From the NCBI GenBank assembly GCA_041640075.1, contig JBEQAY010000001.1, positions 14,845-57,946 of the forward strand: a DNA stretch of 43,102 bases. The letters run 5' to 3'. How positions within the stretch are numbered: position 1 is the stretch's first letter; each line of letters opens with the position of its first letter. Source of the DNA: Candidatus Nanohaloarchaea archaeon (GTDB taxonomy: Archaea; Nanohalarchaeota; Nanosalinia; Nanosalinales; Nanosalinaceae). The position numbers were made by a program, and so were the translations under genes. The notes below the pieces were generated by a model. The model made no database searches. It saw only the letters and a list, made by a program, of their open reading frames with translations, and was not told the origin of the DNA. Below are positions 1 through 9,300 of this stretch, in pieces.

Positions 1-133
1 CAATAACAGCAAACCTGGCCATCGTCTCAGATAGCCCAACGTTACTGGCAACAACACTTGTTAAACCGATAGAAGCAAGATAACCTATCACCGCCGCCAG
101 CGGAAACGCCAGATACTTCCACGGATCTCTCAT
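1..133 (-). CDS. Small membrane protein, partial (runs off window start)
   Basis: ATG at 133 reads MRDPWKYLAFPLAAVIGYLASIGLTSVVASNVGLSETMARFAVI, open to the window edge and hydrophobic; TTTTATAA box at 157-164. Confidence 0.7.
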   Translation of the reverse strand, partial: MRDPWKYLAFPLAAVIGYLASIGLTSVVASNVGLSETMARFAVI

Positions 134-189
134 AATATTAATCTATTAGAGTTAGATTATAAAATTAAGAGTAAAATGAGGAGGGATGT

Positions 190-2613
190 TTAACGTGGGG
201 CCTCTCCCAGGACCTCATCAGGAATGTACTCTCCTCCCTGACCCTCTCTGTGCTCCTGAAGATACTCGTTGACATGTTCAATTAGATCGTCCATTCTGTG
301 CATGTCATCTGTAATTGAATCAACAGTTGAGCTGAACTCGTTCTCTGAGACACCCAGTACTTCGTTGAACTGTGTGCAGAGGTCTTCAACCTTCTTTACT
401 TTTGTTCTAATCTTAGACATCTTGCTATGGATATCCTTCAACTCTTCTCTGATCTTGTTCTCATGCTGGTAGGAGTTCTCAATCTCATCTATCATCTCCT
501 GCTTGGTCTTCGCACCTTCTGTGAAGTCATTCATGTCCTCTACTATACCTGTAAACAGTTCAGCCTGATCGTGGACGTCGTTAAGCTCATTCTGAACGCT
601 GGTTACTTCCTTTTCAATCTTGTCTTTCAATCTCCTAGCTTTTTGGAAATCAAGTTTATCGAAATCATCTACGAACTGAGAAAGCGCATCGATGTCCTCT
701 TCGAGACTTTTTAGCTCTTGTTCGTCAAACTTTACAATCTTTGTACCTTCGTTTGCCATATCATCATTATCGTTTTGCGGGTTTTTATTACCTGTCCCTC
801 CTGACTCATCGCCGTCGTCTGAATCATCCTCATCCAGTAATCGAATAAGCAGTCTCCTGGTGATAACACCTTCCTGTCGTATCCTCTGAAGTATCCTCTG
901 GCGCTCGGCCTGAGGATTACCTGAGTGCTGTATATCCTCTACAAGCTTGATTATCAACGGGTCGTTCATGTCTACGTTCACTTGAACACCGTCATTTCGT
1001 AGGGAACGGATTTCAGCGGTCAGATCCTGGAAGATCTGGTCGTCAACCTGTAGATCTCTTACAGCGGACTCTATGTCATCCAGTTTCTGTTCGACATCGC
1101 TGAGATCACCGCCCTGAGACTGAATCTGTGTAACCGCCTGCTCGATGTTGTCTAGCCTGTTTGTAACCTCTGAAAGATCGATGTCGTTGTCTTCGATTGC
1201 CTGAACTATCGCATCTTCATCGAAGCCGTCGCCGAGATCCAGTCCCTGGATCACGCTCTGAAGGTCCTGTCCAAAGACATCGTGCAGAACAGTTCTCAGC
1301 GCACTTTCAAGATCATCTGAAGACATCCCTCCACCGCCCATTTGCTGTCTTATCTGACGGAGTTCAGCAACTATCTGCTGGTTGTCACCGCTGTCCAGGT
1401 CAACTCCCAGAGCGTTCAGTGCGAAAAGAAGCTGATACGCATCCATCCCAACCCTTGCAGTCTCACTGTCGCTGCCGGAGCTGTCCACCTGCTCCAGGAT
1501 CTGCTCCAGGATGCTCATGACCTCTTCGTCTCCCTGGAAACCGCCGAGATCGCCGAGATTGTTGTTAGTGTTCTGGTTAATTATGCGTACAAGCTCCGGA
1601 TAATCATCTCTGGAGCCTCCACCGCCACCTTCGCCCTCAATCTGGAAGGTGCCTCTATCCGTATCTTGGCGGTCACTCGTAGCTGCAAGTCCTTCATATT
1701 CATAGGTTCCTGGAGAGAACTCCTCTGTAACCTCAACCCTGTCACTATCACTTGAATCTCCTTTCCAGTCCTCGGCACCGACGGGTCTGAACTTTATAGT
1801 CGTACCTTCAATTTCTGCTGGACTTGATATAACCTCAGCCCAGAGTCTTACCCTTCCATTTTCCTCATCTACTACTTCATGACCGGCTTCGACCTCTAGA
1901 TTCCCTTCATGATGCCCTCTTATCCTGAAAGTACCGGTTTTTTCGACAGAGCTGGTTTCCCCGTCCGTGGTTTCAGCCCTGTACCGGTATCCCTCACCAG
2001 ACGGTATACCTGTCTGGCGTACGCTGGCCGTGCTGTTGCCTGTAGAAGTATCAGAGACTTCAAAGTCTGGTAATTCAACCTGAGTTTCCTGGATAGAATT
2101 ATCTCCTGGAGTAGGCCTAGCCGTAACAGTGACAGCGCCGTTATCCTCGCCGGGATCAGCATCCTGTGTCTCGACATCTACTTCAAGATCAGGCCCTTCC
2201 GGTTCATCAGGTCTGCTCGGGTTGAAGCTTATTGAATCGTCTGCCGTGCCGTATGTAGCGCTGACCTGGATATCACATTCTACAGTATCTACGTCAGGGA
2301 CTTCGATAGTATCTGTTGCAAAAGTACCTCCGCTCCAGCTAGTTACCTTACCGGAAATATCTCTTCCGTTCATAGTCAGCGAGTAATCGGATATAGAACC
2401 ATCGCCCGAATCGTAACTTCCTCTCAGCGCGAATCTTTCCCCTATAGTGGTATTGCCCGTCTCCCGCATCGAGACTGAAGGGCCTTCATCCCTTGAAGTT
2501 CCTCCGCCGCCTCCGCTGCTCTTCGAAACCTTGTCCTTCCAAAGAATGGCTAGTATAATTACGGCCATAACGAGAAGTCCTATCCAAAGGTTGTCCGGTA
2601 GGCCGTACGCCAT
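190..2613 (-). CDS. Hypothetical membrane-anchored protein (N-terminal TM, beta-rich Ig-like region, helical region, C-terminal coiled coil)
   Basis: 807-aa ORF; TM LWIGLLVMAVIILAILW; Gly linkers; heptad-like C-terminus; TTATAA box at ~2635-2642. Confidence 0.85.
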   Translation of the reverse strand: MAYGLPDNLWIGLLVMAVIILAILWKDKVSKSSGGGGGTSRDEGPSVSMRETGNTTIGERFALRGSYDSGDGSISDYSLTMNGRDISGKVTSWSGGTFATDTIEVPDVDTVECDIQVSATYGTADDSISFNPSRPDEPEGPDLEVDVETQDADPGEDNGAVTVTARPTPGDNSIQETQVELPDFEVSDTSTGNSTASVRQTGIPSGEGYRYRAETTDGETSSVEKTGTFRIRGHHEGNLEVEAGHEVVDEENGRVRLWAEVISSPAEIEGTTIKFRPVGAEDWKGDSSDSDRVEVTEEFSPGTYEYEGLAATSDRQDTDRGTFQIEGEGGGGGSRDDYPELVRIINQNTNNNLGDLGGFQGDEEVMSILEQILEQVDSSGSDSETARVGMDAYQLLFALNALGVDLDSGDNQQIVAELRQIRQQMGGGGMSSDDLESALRTVLHDVFGQDLQSVIQGLDLGDGFDEDAIVQAIEDNDIDLSEVTNRLDNIEQAVTQIQSQGGDLSDVEQKLDDIESAVRDLQVDDQIFQDLTAEIRSLRNDGVQVNVDMNDPLIIKLVEDIQHSGNPQAERQRILQRIRQEGVITRRLLIRLLDEDDSDDGDESGGTGNKNPQNDNDDMANEGTKIVKFDEQELKSLEEDIDALSQFVDDFDKLDFQKARRLKDKIEKEVTSVQNELNDVHDQAELFTGIVEDMNDFTEGAKTKQEMIDEIENSYQHENKIREELKDIHSKMSKIRTKVKKVEDLCTQFNEVLGVSENEFSSTVDSITDDMHRMDDLIEHVNEYLQEHREGQGGEYIPDEVLGEAPR

Positions 2614-2694
2614 GCTTTGTAATTCTCATGTCTAATTATAAGTTGAAGGGCCTAGAACAGCACTAGAAAGATTAAAACACGTGAAGAGGTTGTA

Positions 2695-3330
2695 TCACAT
2701 CCAGTCCGAGTTCCATTCATCATCGTCCTCCCATTCATCATACACATCATCTGAATTCGTCTCAGTTCCTTCAGTTTTCCACGAGTCTGGTTCATCCAGT
2801 ACGACCTGGTTCCCCATGTTCCAGTTGTTTGCGGGTTGTTCCGAGAGCACCTGATTGCCCCAGTTTACGTTTCCTCCTGCGAAGATGATATCTCCGTCAT
2901 CGGTTTCCTCCAGTTCATCGAGCTCCTCCAGCATTCCTTCGATTATATCGTTTGCTTCGTCAAGGTCCTCTGCCTTCTCCCTGTAGAGAGACTCCCATAG
3001 AACCGCGTATGCATCAGTTCTACCGTTACTGCTATTTACGTCGTCCACCAAATCCGAGACCCTTCCTACTATGTCCTCGTCGAACTGCTCGCCGCCCATG
3101 ACCTGCTTGTAGAGCTTGAACCTCTGATCGTGGAAGTCGTCATTATGGAAAATATACTCGGCGATATCTGCGAACGCCTTTGCATCGTCCTGAGGCGCTT
3201 GCTCCACATATACAGCTGCTCCCAGTGCCTCGAGATCAGCAGTATCGTACATCTCCGGGTTCTCGTCCATGTACTGCTGTCCCAGAGCCTCCAGTTCATC
3301 CTGACTTGGGTAATCATCTGCAGCCGACAT
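2695..3330 (-). CDS. Acidic hypothetical protein, paralog of the C-terminal half of 3449-4447
   Basis: Start MSAADDY at 3330 with SD GAGGTG at 3341-3346; shares MGGxQxDEDI and WExLYREKA motifs with its neighbour. Confidence 0.85.
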   Translation of the reverse strand: MSAADDYPSQDELEALGQQYMDENPEMYDTADLEALGAAVYVEQAPQDDAKAFADIAEYIFHNDDFHDQRFKLYKQVMGGEQFDEDIVGRVSDLVDDVNSSNGRTDAYAVLWESLYREKAEDLDEANDIIEGMLEELDELEETDDGDIIFAGGNVNWGNQVLSEQPANNWNMGNQVVLDEPDSWKTEGTETNSDDVYDEWEDDDEWNSDWM

Positions 3331-3349
3331 CCAAAAATAGCACCTCTTA

Positions 3350-3369
3350 TTGTTATCTAAGAGTAACAA
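3350..3369. promoter_or_regulatory. Palindromic operator candidate TTGTTA-N8-TAACAA
   Basis: ttgtta tctaagag taacaa, just downstream (minus strand) of a TTAAATA box at ~3371-3377. Confidence 0.7.
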
Positions 3370-3448
3370 CTATTTAATATGTTGTGGTATTTACCTGATT
3401 TTTCGGAGAACTCCTGAACTTGTAGAAAAATAAGAGGGAAAATGTGGT

Positions 3449-4447
3449 TTAGAGGTTTCCTGCGAGGCTGTCGATGTCGTCTGCTTTCTGTGACTGTGCC
3501 TGTTCTGTGTTCTCTGCGATCTGAAGTCCTGTTCTGGATGCCTGAAGTCTTGAGTCGTCTCTGTCTAGTCTTGAGACTTCGTTCAGCATGCCTTCGATGA
3601 CTTCCTGTGATTCCTCGTTGTCTGCTGCTTTCTCTCTGTAGAGTGCTTCCCAGACAAGTGTGTCTGTTTCAAGTGCCTGCTTGACGTCGTTTACCTCGTC
3701 TACTGCGTCGCCTACGTTTCCTGGGATGTCTTCGTCGTACTGGTCTCCTCCCATCTGTCCCTTGTAGCGCAGGAATGCGTCGCCGTTGAATGCGTCGCCG
3801 TAGTTGTCGATGAACTCTGCAAGCTCTGCTGTTCCTATATCGTCGTACTGTCCCTCTTCCATGTCCTTGAGTACTCCTGCAGTTCCAAGAGCAACCTGTT
3901 CGTCGAGGTCAAGGTTGTAGAGATCGTCGTCTGCTACATCCTCGTATTCATCCAGGTTTTGATGATGTTCGACAGCTACTGCATGCGCAGCAGTTGTAGG
4001 TACGTTATCGTATTCTTCGTCTGTCATGTCATTGTCACCTCCTGTATCATTTGATCCAATCGGTTTTGACTCAATAGTATCATTTTCCTGTGGAACACCG
4101 CCTTCGAATACCCTGTCGGTGAGTTCCGAGCTGAAACCTGTTTCGGCCTCTCCAGGTTCTCTGAGCTCTCCGACAAGCCAGATGTTGTAATTTTTGTCTT
4201 CTCCACCTGCCAGAAGTACTTTGTCGCCGGTCAGGTCGGCTTCCATATCAAACTCGTCTTCAGGATCATATTCTGCACCGTTCCTGGTTGGAACTGTAAG
4301 GCTGTCGATGTAATGGCCCTTTGCAAGCCTTTCTCCTGTCGCCAGTCCTGTTCCTTCTCCCTCTACAACAAGGGTTCTCTCAACTCTTTCACCGTCTTCC
4401 TCATAGGTTCCCTCGAACAGCTTTACAGTGTCGTAGTTCATGAACAT
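3449..4447 (-). CDS. Acidic two-domain hypothetical protein; possible internal in-frame start at 4027
   Basis: ORF to 4462, likely ATG at 4447; C-terminal half paralogous to 2695-3330. Confidence 0.85.
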   Translation of the reverse strand: MFMNYDTVKLFEGTYEEDGERVERTLVVEGEGTGLATGERLAKGHYIDSLTVPTRNGAEYDPEDEFDMEADLTGDKVLLAGGEDKNYNIWLVGELREPGEAETGFSSELTDRVFEGGVPQENDTIESKPIGSNDTGGDNDMTDEEYDNVPTTAAHAVAVEHHQNLDEYEDVADDDLYNLDLDEQVALGTAGVLKDMEEGQYDDIGTAELAEFIDNYGDAFNGDAFLRYKGQMGGDQYDEDIPGNVGDAVDEVNDVKQALETDTLVWEALYREKAADNEESQEVIEGMLNEVSRLDRDDSRLQASRTGLQIAENTEQAQSQKADDIDSLAGNL

Positions 4448-4472
4448 TACAAACCACCACACCCAATCTTTT

Positions 4473-4490
4473 TATTAGCTTTTAGTAACA
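4473..4490. promoter_or_regulatory. Operator candidate TATTA-N8-TAACA (1 mismatch)
   Basis: tatta gcttttag taaca, adjacent to a minus-strand TATA-like TATATTT at ~4490-4496. Confidence 0.6.
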
Positions 4491-4569
4491 AATATACCCG
4501 GCTTCGAGAGAGTGTGCAACTTTTAGCAGCTTCAGCAGAGAAATTAATGAAAAAATTGTTGGAAGTGTT

Positions 4570-6309
4570 TTACCACTCCTTTCTGAGGATTACTGCCGAG
4601 ATAAGGAGGCCCAGGATTACTGAGATTGCCAGTTTTGTGATGTCTCCCAGTGCCTGGATTGAGGTTACTGCCTGATTGAACATTCCTGTGATTCCTCCGC
4701 TCCTGTCCTTCAGAGAGTCCCTGACTTCTTCTCCTAACCTGAGCTGTACGGTCTCTTCCTCTTCTACCATCTCTCCTGATGCACGGACTGTGATGTCCTC
4801 TGTTCCTTCTACCTGGTCGTAAGGGATCCCTGCGTAGATGTAGGACTTCCCTGTTTCTCCGGAGTCAACGTTAACTACTTCTGGCCTGATTGAGATCCAG
4901 TCAGGTCCTTCACCACTTACCCTGTACTCGTTCTTCATTGTTCCTGTGTTTTCAAGGTGGATCTCGTAGAGCACGCTTCTGTTCTCTCCTGCGCTCTGGA
5001 TGTTCGGCACAACATCCATGTCGAGGTTGTAGCAGTCCTCTACAGTGAAGCTTGAGGTTGCTGTCTTGCTTGGTTCAGCGAACGTGTCGGACTGTACATC
5101 GACTTCTACGTTGTATGAATCTCCTACAGTGTACTCTGAGGAGTTGAAGTCGATCTCAAGCCTTCTTGTTTCGCCCGGATCAAGTTCTACAGATTCCTCC
5201 GAGATGCTTCCTCTGGAACTGGAGACGCTGTAAGTATCTGATGCCTCTCCTGTGTTCTCTACTGTGACCTGCTTCTCGAATCTCTCGTCTTCACATACGT
5301 TCTGTGAACCGCTTTCGAAGTTCACTGATACATCCTGACCGTTGTAAATATCTAGCTGGGCACTTGCAGAGCTGGTTGATTCTCCTTCTGCTGTAACCCT
5401 GATTGTTCTATCCTGAAGCTGTTCAGGCGTGTACTCCACAGTAGTTGTTCGTGAGTCTCCTGCAGCGATGTCAAGTTCTGTGTCCTCAAGCTCTCCGTAG
5501 TTTGTGGAGAGTGTGAAGCTGTCGGATCTTGTTCCCTGGTTCTGTACTGTGACATCGAACTCTGCTTCTGTCAGTGCTGCTGATCTCTGGTTTTCAGGGC
5601 TTATTGTGGTGCTTGACTCGTAGCAGTTCTCTGCCTCGAAAGATGTTGAGGTGACGTCTTCTGCGTAGCTGGAAGTAGATTCTGCTTTGATGTTGAAGGA
5701 GCGGTCGTTTACCGCAATTCCTGAAGATCTTGTTAGCTCAACTGTTTCTGTCTCTCCTTTATCAACTCTAACTTCTTTCTGTGAGAAATCTCCTGCATCA
5801 GCACTCATCCTGAAAACTTCTTCCTGAGTACCTGAATTACTTACAAAAACTGTGTAAACTGCTTCTTCGCCCCGGCAAACAGATCCAGGGTTTTCAACTT
5901 CTATATCAACGTTATGATCTCTTATTACTTCTACTGTTCCTTCTGTACTGTACGTCTCCTCTGTAGCCTGTGACTCTGCATCTATCCTGAAGGTGTACTG
6001 TCCTTCCTGTCTGTCAAGGTTCGGGTTGAACCATACCTGAACTGTCTGTGACTCTCCAGGCTCCAGATTTCCTTCTTCAGGGACCTGGCCTGGTGCGACT
6101 CTTATTTCGTCAGAATGTGTGGATGAAATATCGTATATGTCTTCAACTGTACCCGTATTAGTTATTTCTACCTCATAGGAAGTGAAAGAATCTACTTTAA
6201 CAGATGAATGGTCTGGAAAAATATCAAGATCTGCTGTACTTGCTGCTGCAAGATTAAGGGTTAGTAATGCTGCAATTGTAATTATACCAATTTTGTGAAG
6301 CCGTGTCAC
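4570..6309 (-). CDS. Surface protein with ~5 Ig-like (CARDB/NEW3, COG1470-like) domains and a C-terminal TM anchor
   Basis: Signal peptide; repeated V-x-V-x-N-x-G-x3-D-x-Y motifs; VC...CY Cys pairs; C-terminal TM plus RKEW; GTG start with SD AGGTGA. Confidence 0.85.
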   Translation of the reverse strand: MTRLHKIGIITIAALLTLNLAAASTADLDIFPDHSSVKVDSFTSYEVEITNTGTVEDIYDISSTHSDEIRVAPGQVPEEGNLEPGESQTVQVWFNPNLDRQEGQYTFRIDAESQATEETYSTEGTVEVIRDHNVDIEVENPGSVCRGEEAVYTVFVSNSGTQEEVFRMSADAGDFSQKEVRVDKGETETVELTRSSGIAVNDRSFNIKAESTSSYAEDVTSTSFEAENCYESSTTISPENQRSAALTEAEFDVTVQNQGTRSDSFTLSTNYGELEDTELDIAAGDSRTTTVEYTPEQLQDRTIRVTAEGESTSSASAQLDIYNGQDVSVNFESGSQNVCEDERFEKQVTVENTGEASDTYSVSSSRGSISEESVELDPGETRRLEIDFNSSEYTVGDSYNVEVDVQSDTFAEPSKTATSSFTVEDCYNLDMDVVPNIQSAGENRSVLYEIHLENTGTMKNEYRVSGEGPDWISIRPEVVNVDSGETGKSYIYAGIPYDQVEGTEDITVRASGEMVEEEETVQLRLGEEVRDSLKDRSGGITGMFNQAVTSIQALGDITKLAISVILGLLISAVILRKEW

Positions 6310-6316
6310 AGGTTAT

Positions 6317-6334
6317 TGTCACCTGATAATAACA
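6317..6334. promoter_or_regulatory. Operator candidate TGTCA-N8-TAACA overlapping the SD
   Basis: tgtca cctgataa taaca, between the TATATAAAAA box (~6345-6354) and the start codon. Confidence 0.6.
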
Positions 6335-6394
6335 CTTGTATTTATTTTTATATATCAATTGATAGTGAAAGATATTTCTCACTGTAAAGTCGTA

Positions 6395-9300
6395 TCAAAT
6401 CAGTTTCGATAGAAGTCCTTCGTCGCGTTCCTGTCGTGTATCTGTTGAACTAATTCTTATTTCCCTAGCAAACTCCTCTCCATCTGCTGATGCTGTTATT
6501 TCAGGTGTAAACTCTCCTGCTTCCTGTGGTGAAAAGTAGAAGTAGACTGTCTTCCTTTCTCCTGGCGCCAGAACAACGTTATCATCAGTTATTGACACCC
6601 AGCTATCAGGGATGTCACTTACTGCTACCTCGTAGTTCCTGACTTCGTTTCCTTGATTGTATACTGTCATCCTGGCCTGTCCGGGCTCTGTGTTCCTGAC
6701 CGTTACCTGTCCTGGGAAGGTATCAAACTCTTCTCCAGCCTCTATAACCTCTACATTTTTGCTGGCGGATCCTGTCTCCCCCGAGGTCGCAGCCCGAACC
6801 CAGAATCTTTTCCCACCGCTCAATCCAGCAGTTACTTCGAAGCAGACTCTACCAGAACCAGCGCGAGAGTCCAATCTCTCGCCGTCCCGGAAAAGTATTA
6901 CCTCCGGTTCAGTATCGGAGGAGACATCTGCACAGATCTCGAAGTCCTCTCCCTCAACCGCTTTCGCCGGCGCATCCAGTCTTGAAATACGGGCTCTCGG
7001 TAGCACCTCCAGCTGTCTCTTGGTCGAGAAGCCTCCTGCAGACACTGTGAACTCCTTCATTCCTGAACTTGAAGGAGTGTAGAACACTGTGTAGCCACCT
7101 GAACTCGTGGTTGAAACCGTCTTGCCGAATCCCTGTGTACTGACCGTCACATCTACAGGTCTGTTCACGTTCTGTACATCACCAGTAATTCTTACGGTTT
7201 CACCTGTGAGGACTTCAGTAGGATTTACTTGTGCTGAAAGACCTGTAGGAATATTCCTGTCTCTTTCAGCTCTGTCAGTACAGTCCTGTACTTCTACACT
7301 CCCCTCCCTGAACTGTATTCCGCCGTTTTCAACCCTTACAGTAAACTCTCCGTCATCCAGTTCTTCGACATCTCTGAAAACTACTTCAACTTCCTCTGTT
7401 TCATCTTCATCAATCTCAATTAACTCTTCGTCCGTTTCCGCTCCGAGTCCTGTTCCAGAGACCTCAAACTCTTCATCATCTTCAAAGTTTGTGATCTCAA
7501 CCTCAACAGTCAGGTCTTCTCCTATGCAGACTTCATCGCTATAGGAAAGTGAGAAATCAAAGTCCCCTATCCTTTCAAGCCTGAAGTTTAATAATTCAGT
7601 TTCATCTTCTTCGAGCTCTACATCCCTTTCTTCAGTTCTGTAGCCGTCTTTTGAAGCCCTTACCTCGTATTCATCAGGTTCAAGTTCGAAATCAACTTCA
7701 CCATCGTCATCAGTATACTTTACCTCTGTATCGCCGTTTTCCACTCTCACTCTCGTATTTTCAAGATTTCTGGACTCCTCGTCTCGGACTCTTACCTCGA
7801 GGTATGCGTCATCGCCCCTTTGATCTTGCCGGGAGCTAGCTCGAAAATCCACGACTTCTATGTTTGATTCTTTCGATTCATCTCCTGCCTCTGCAATAGC
7901 CCTAAACTCCGTTAGACCGGTGCGTTCTGCTTCATAATCCTCCTCTATCTCGCATCTGGATCCAAAGCAGCTTACTTGCTCAAATGTATCCCAGCTCTCA
8001 AACCTTCTTTTCTCTTGAAGTCGGAGATTATCAAGATTCTTGCCCCTTGCCGATGCAGAAATCTCTATTTCCCTCCGTACCGGGTATTCATCCTGTAGAC
8101 CATCTAGGACGACCGAAGAAACCTCAGATTCACCTGATGAGATTTCATCTATAAATTCCACTGTTTCAACACTGCTTTCGGCTTCTCCCTCCTGTGAAAC
8201 CGCTTTTATACGGAAATCATATTCTAGTTCCTCGTTAGAAATAAAAGAAGTTTCTATAGAGCATTTAATTTCACTACACGCCACAGTTTCCTCATCTTCC
8301 CAGGTCTGGTGCTTTCTACTCTGTACAATAAGGTTCTCAAGATCTATCCCTACTGCAGACCCCTTTATTTCAAGGCGGTCATCTACAGGATACTGATCTG
8401 GAAGATCCACAATACTTACGTCTGAAATACCATTCTCAGGGTAGAAAACCGTCTCAGTAGTGGCGGAAGTAATGCTTTGACCATCTGAATAGGCCTTAGC
8501 TCTGAATGTTTCAGTCCCTGATTCATCTGTACTGTAAACAGTTTCAACCTCACATGACTGTGAAGGACATTCTCTAGAGTAAATCTCTTCCCAGGAACCT
8601 CCTGACTTCCTTTCTACCGCTAAATCATCTGCATTACCCTCAAGCTCCGCACTCACTGTTATCTCTTGATCTACACGTGCTTCCTCAGGCGATGAAATTT
8701 CGATACTATCGATTAAATCATTGATATCAGATTGCCTGAATTCGACGACTTCAATACCTGATATCTTTGTTCTACCTCCAGCAGTTCCTTTAATCCTGAA
8801 TTCGACATTACCTGTTTGATCTGTAGTATATTGAGTCGTAATAGTACAGATACTGCCCTCACAGTTGTTTGAATCCACATAATTCCAAGAAGAAAACCTT
8901 CTTTTCTCCTGTATCTCTATTTTATCTAGATTTTCTCCCTCCATAGATCCTGAAACAGTAAGTGGTGTGTTTAGTCGGTTTTCTGAGCCTAATTCATCTA
9001 TTGCTATCGAAGAAATCCGATTTCTTATATAGAAACCTACAGTTTCTGTGTCTGAGTACCGGGTATCGTCACCTGCTCTCGCCTTTACTCTAAAGTCTTT
9101 TTCTGTCGTTTCAGTAGCTGTATATGTTGTTGAGATGCTGCACGTGGAGGAGTCTCCACACTCTACGAGTTTTATCTGCTGCCATCCACCGTCACCACGT
9201 TCCTGTACAGTAATTTCATCTAGATTATTCCCTGAGGCCTCTCCTTCAATATTCAAGGATTCTCCCACCGGTTTATCTGCGGGAAGATTTTCTATCGATA

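Noticed and set aside
139..159. Inverted repeat TAATCTA-N7-TAGATTA upstream of the first gene
   Set aside because: Single AT-rich occurrence overlapping the TATA box; does not match the four-site motif, and the similar site at 2620-2638 has different spacing
6364..6383. Dyad AGTGA-N10-TCACT between the giant gene's stop and the next promoter
   Set aside because: One copy only; cannot distinguish terminator, binding site or chance
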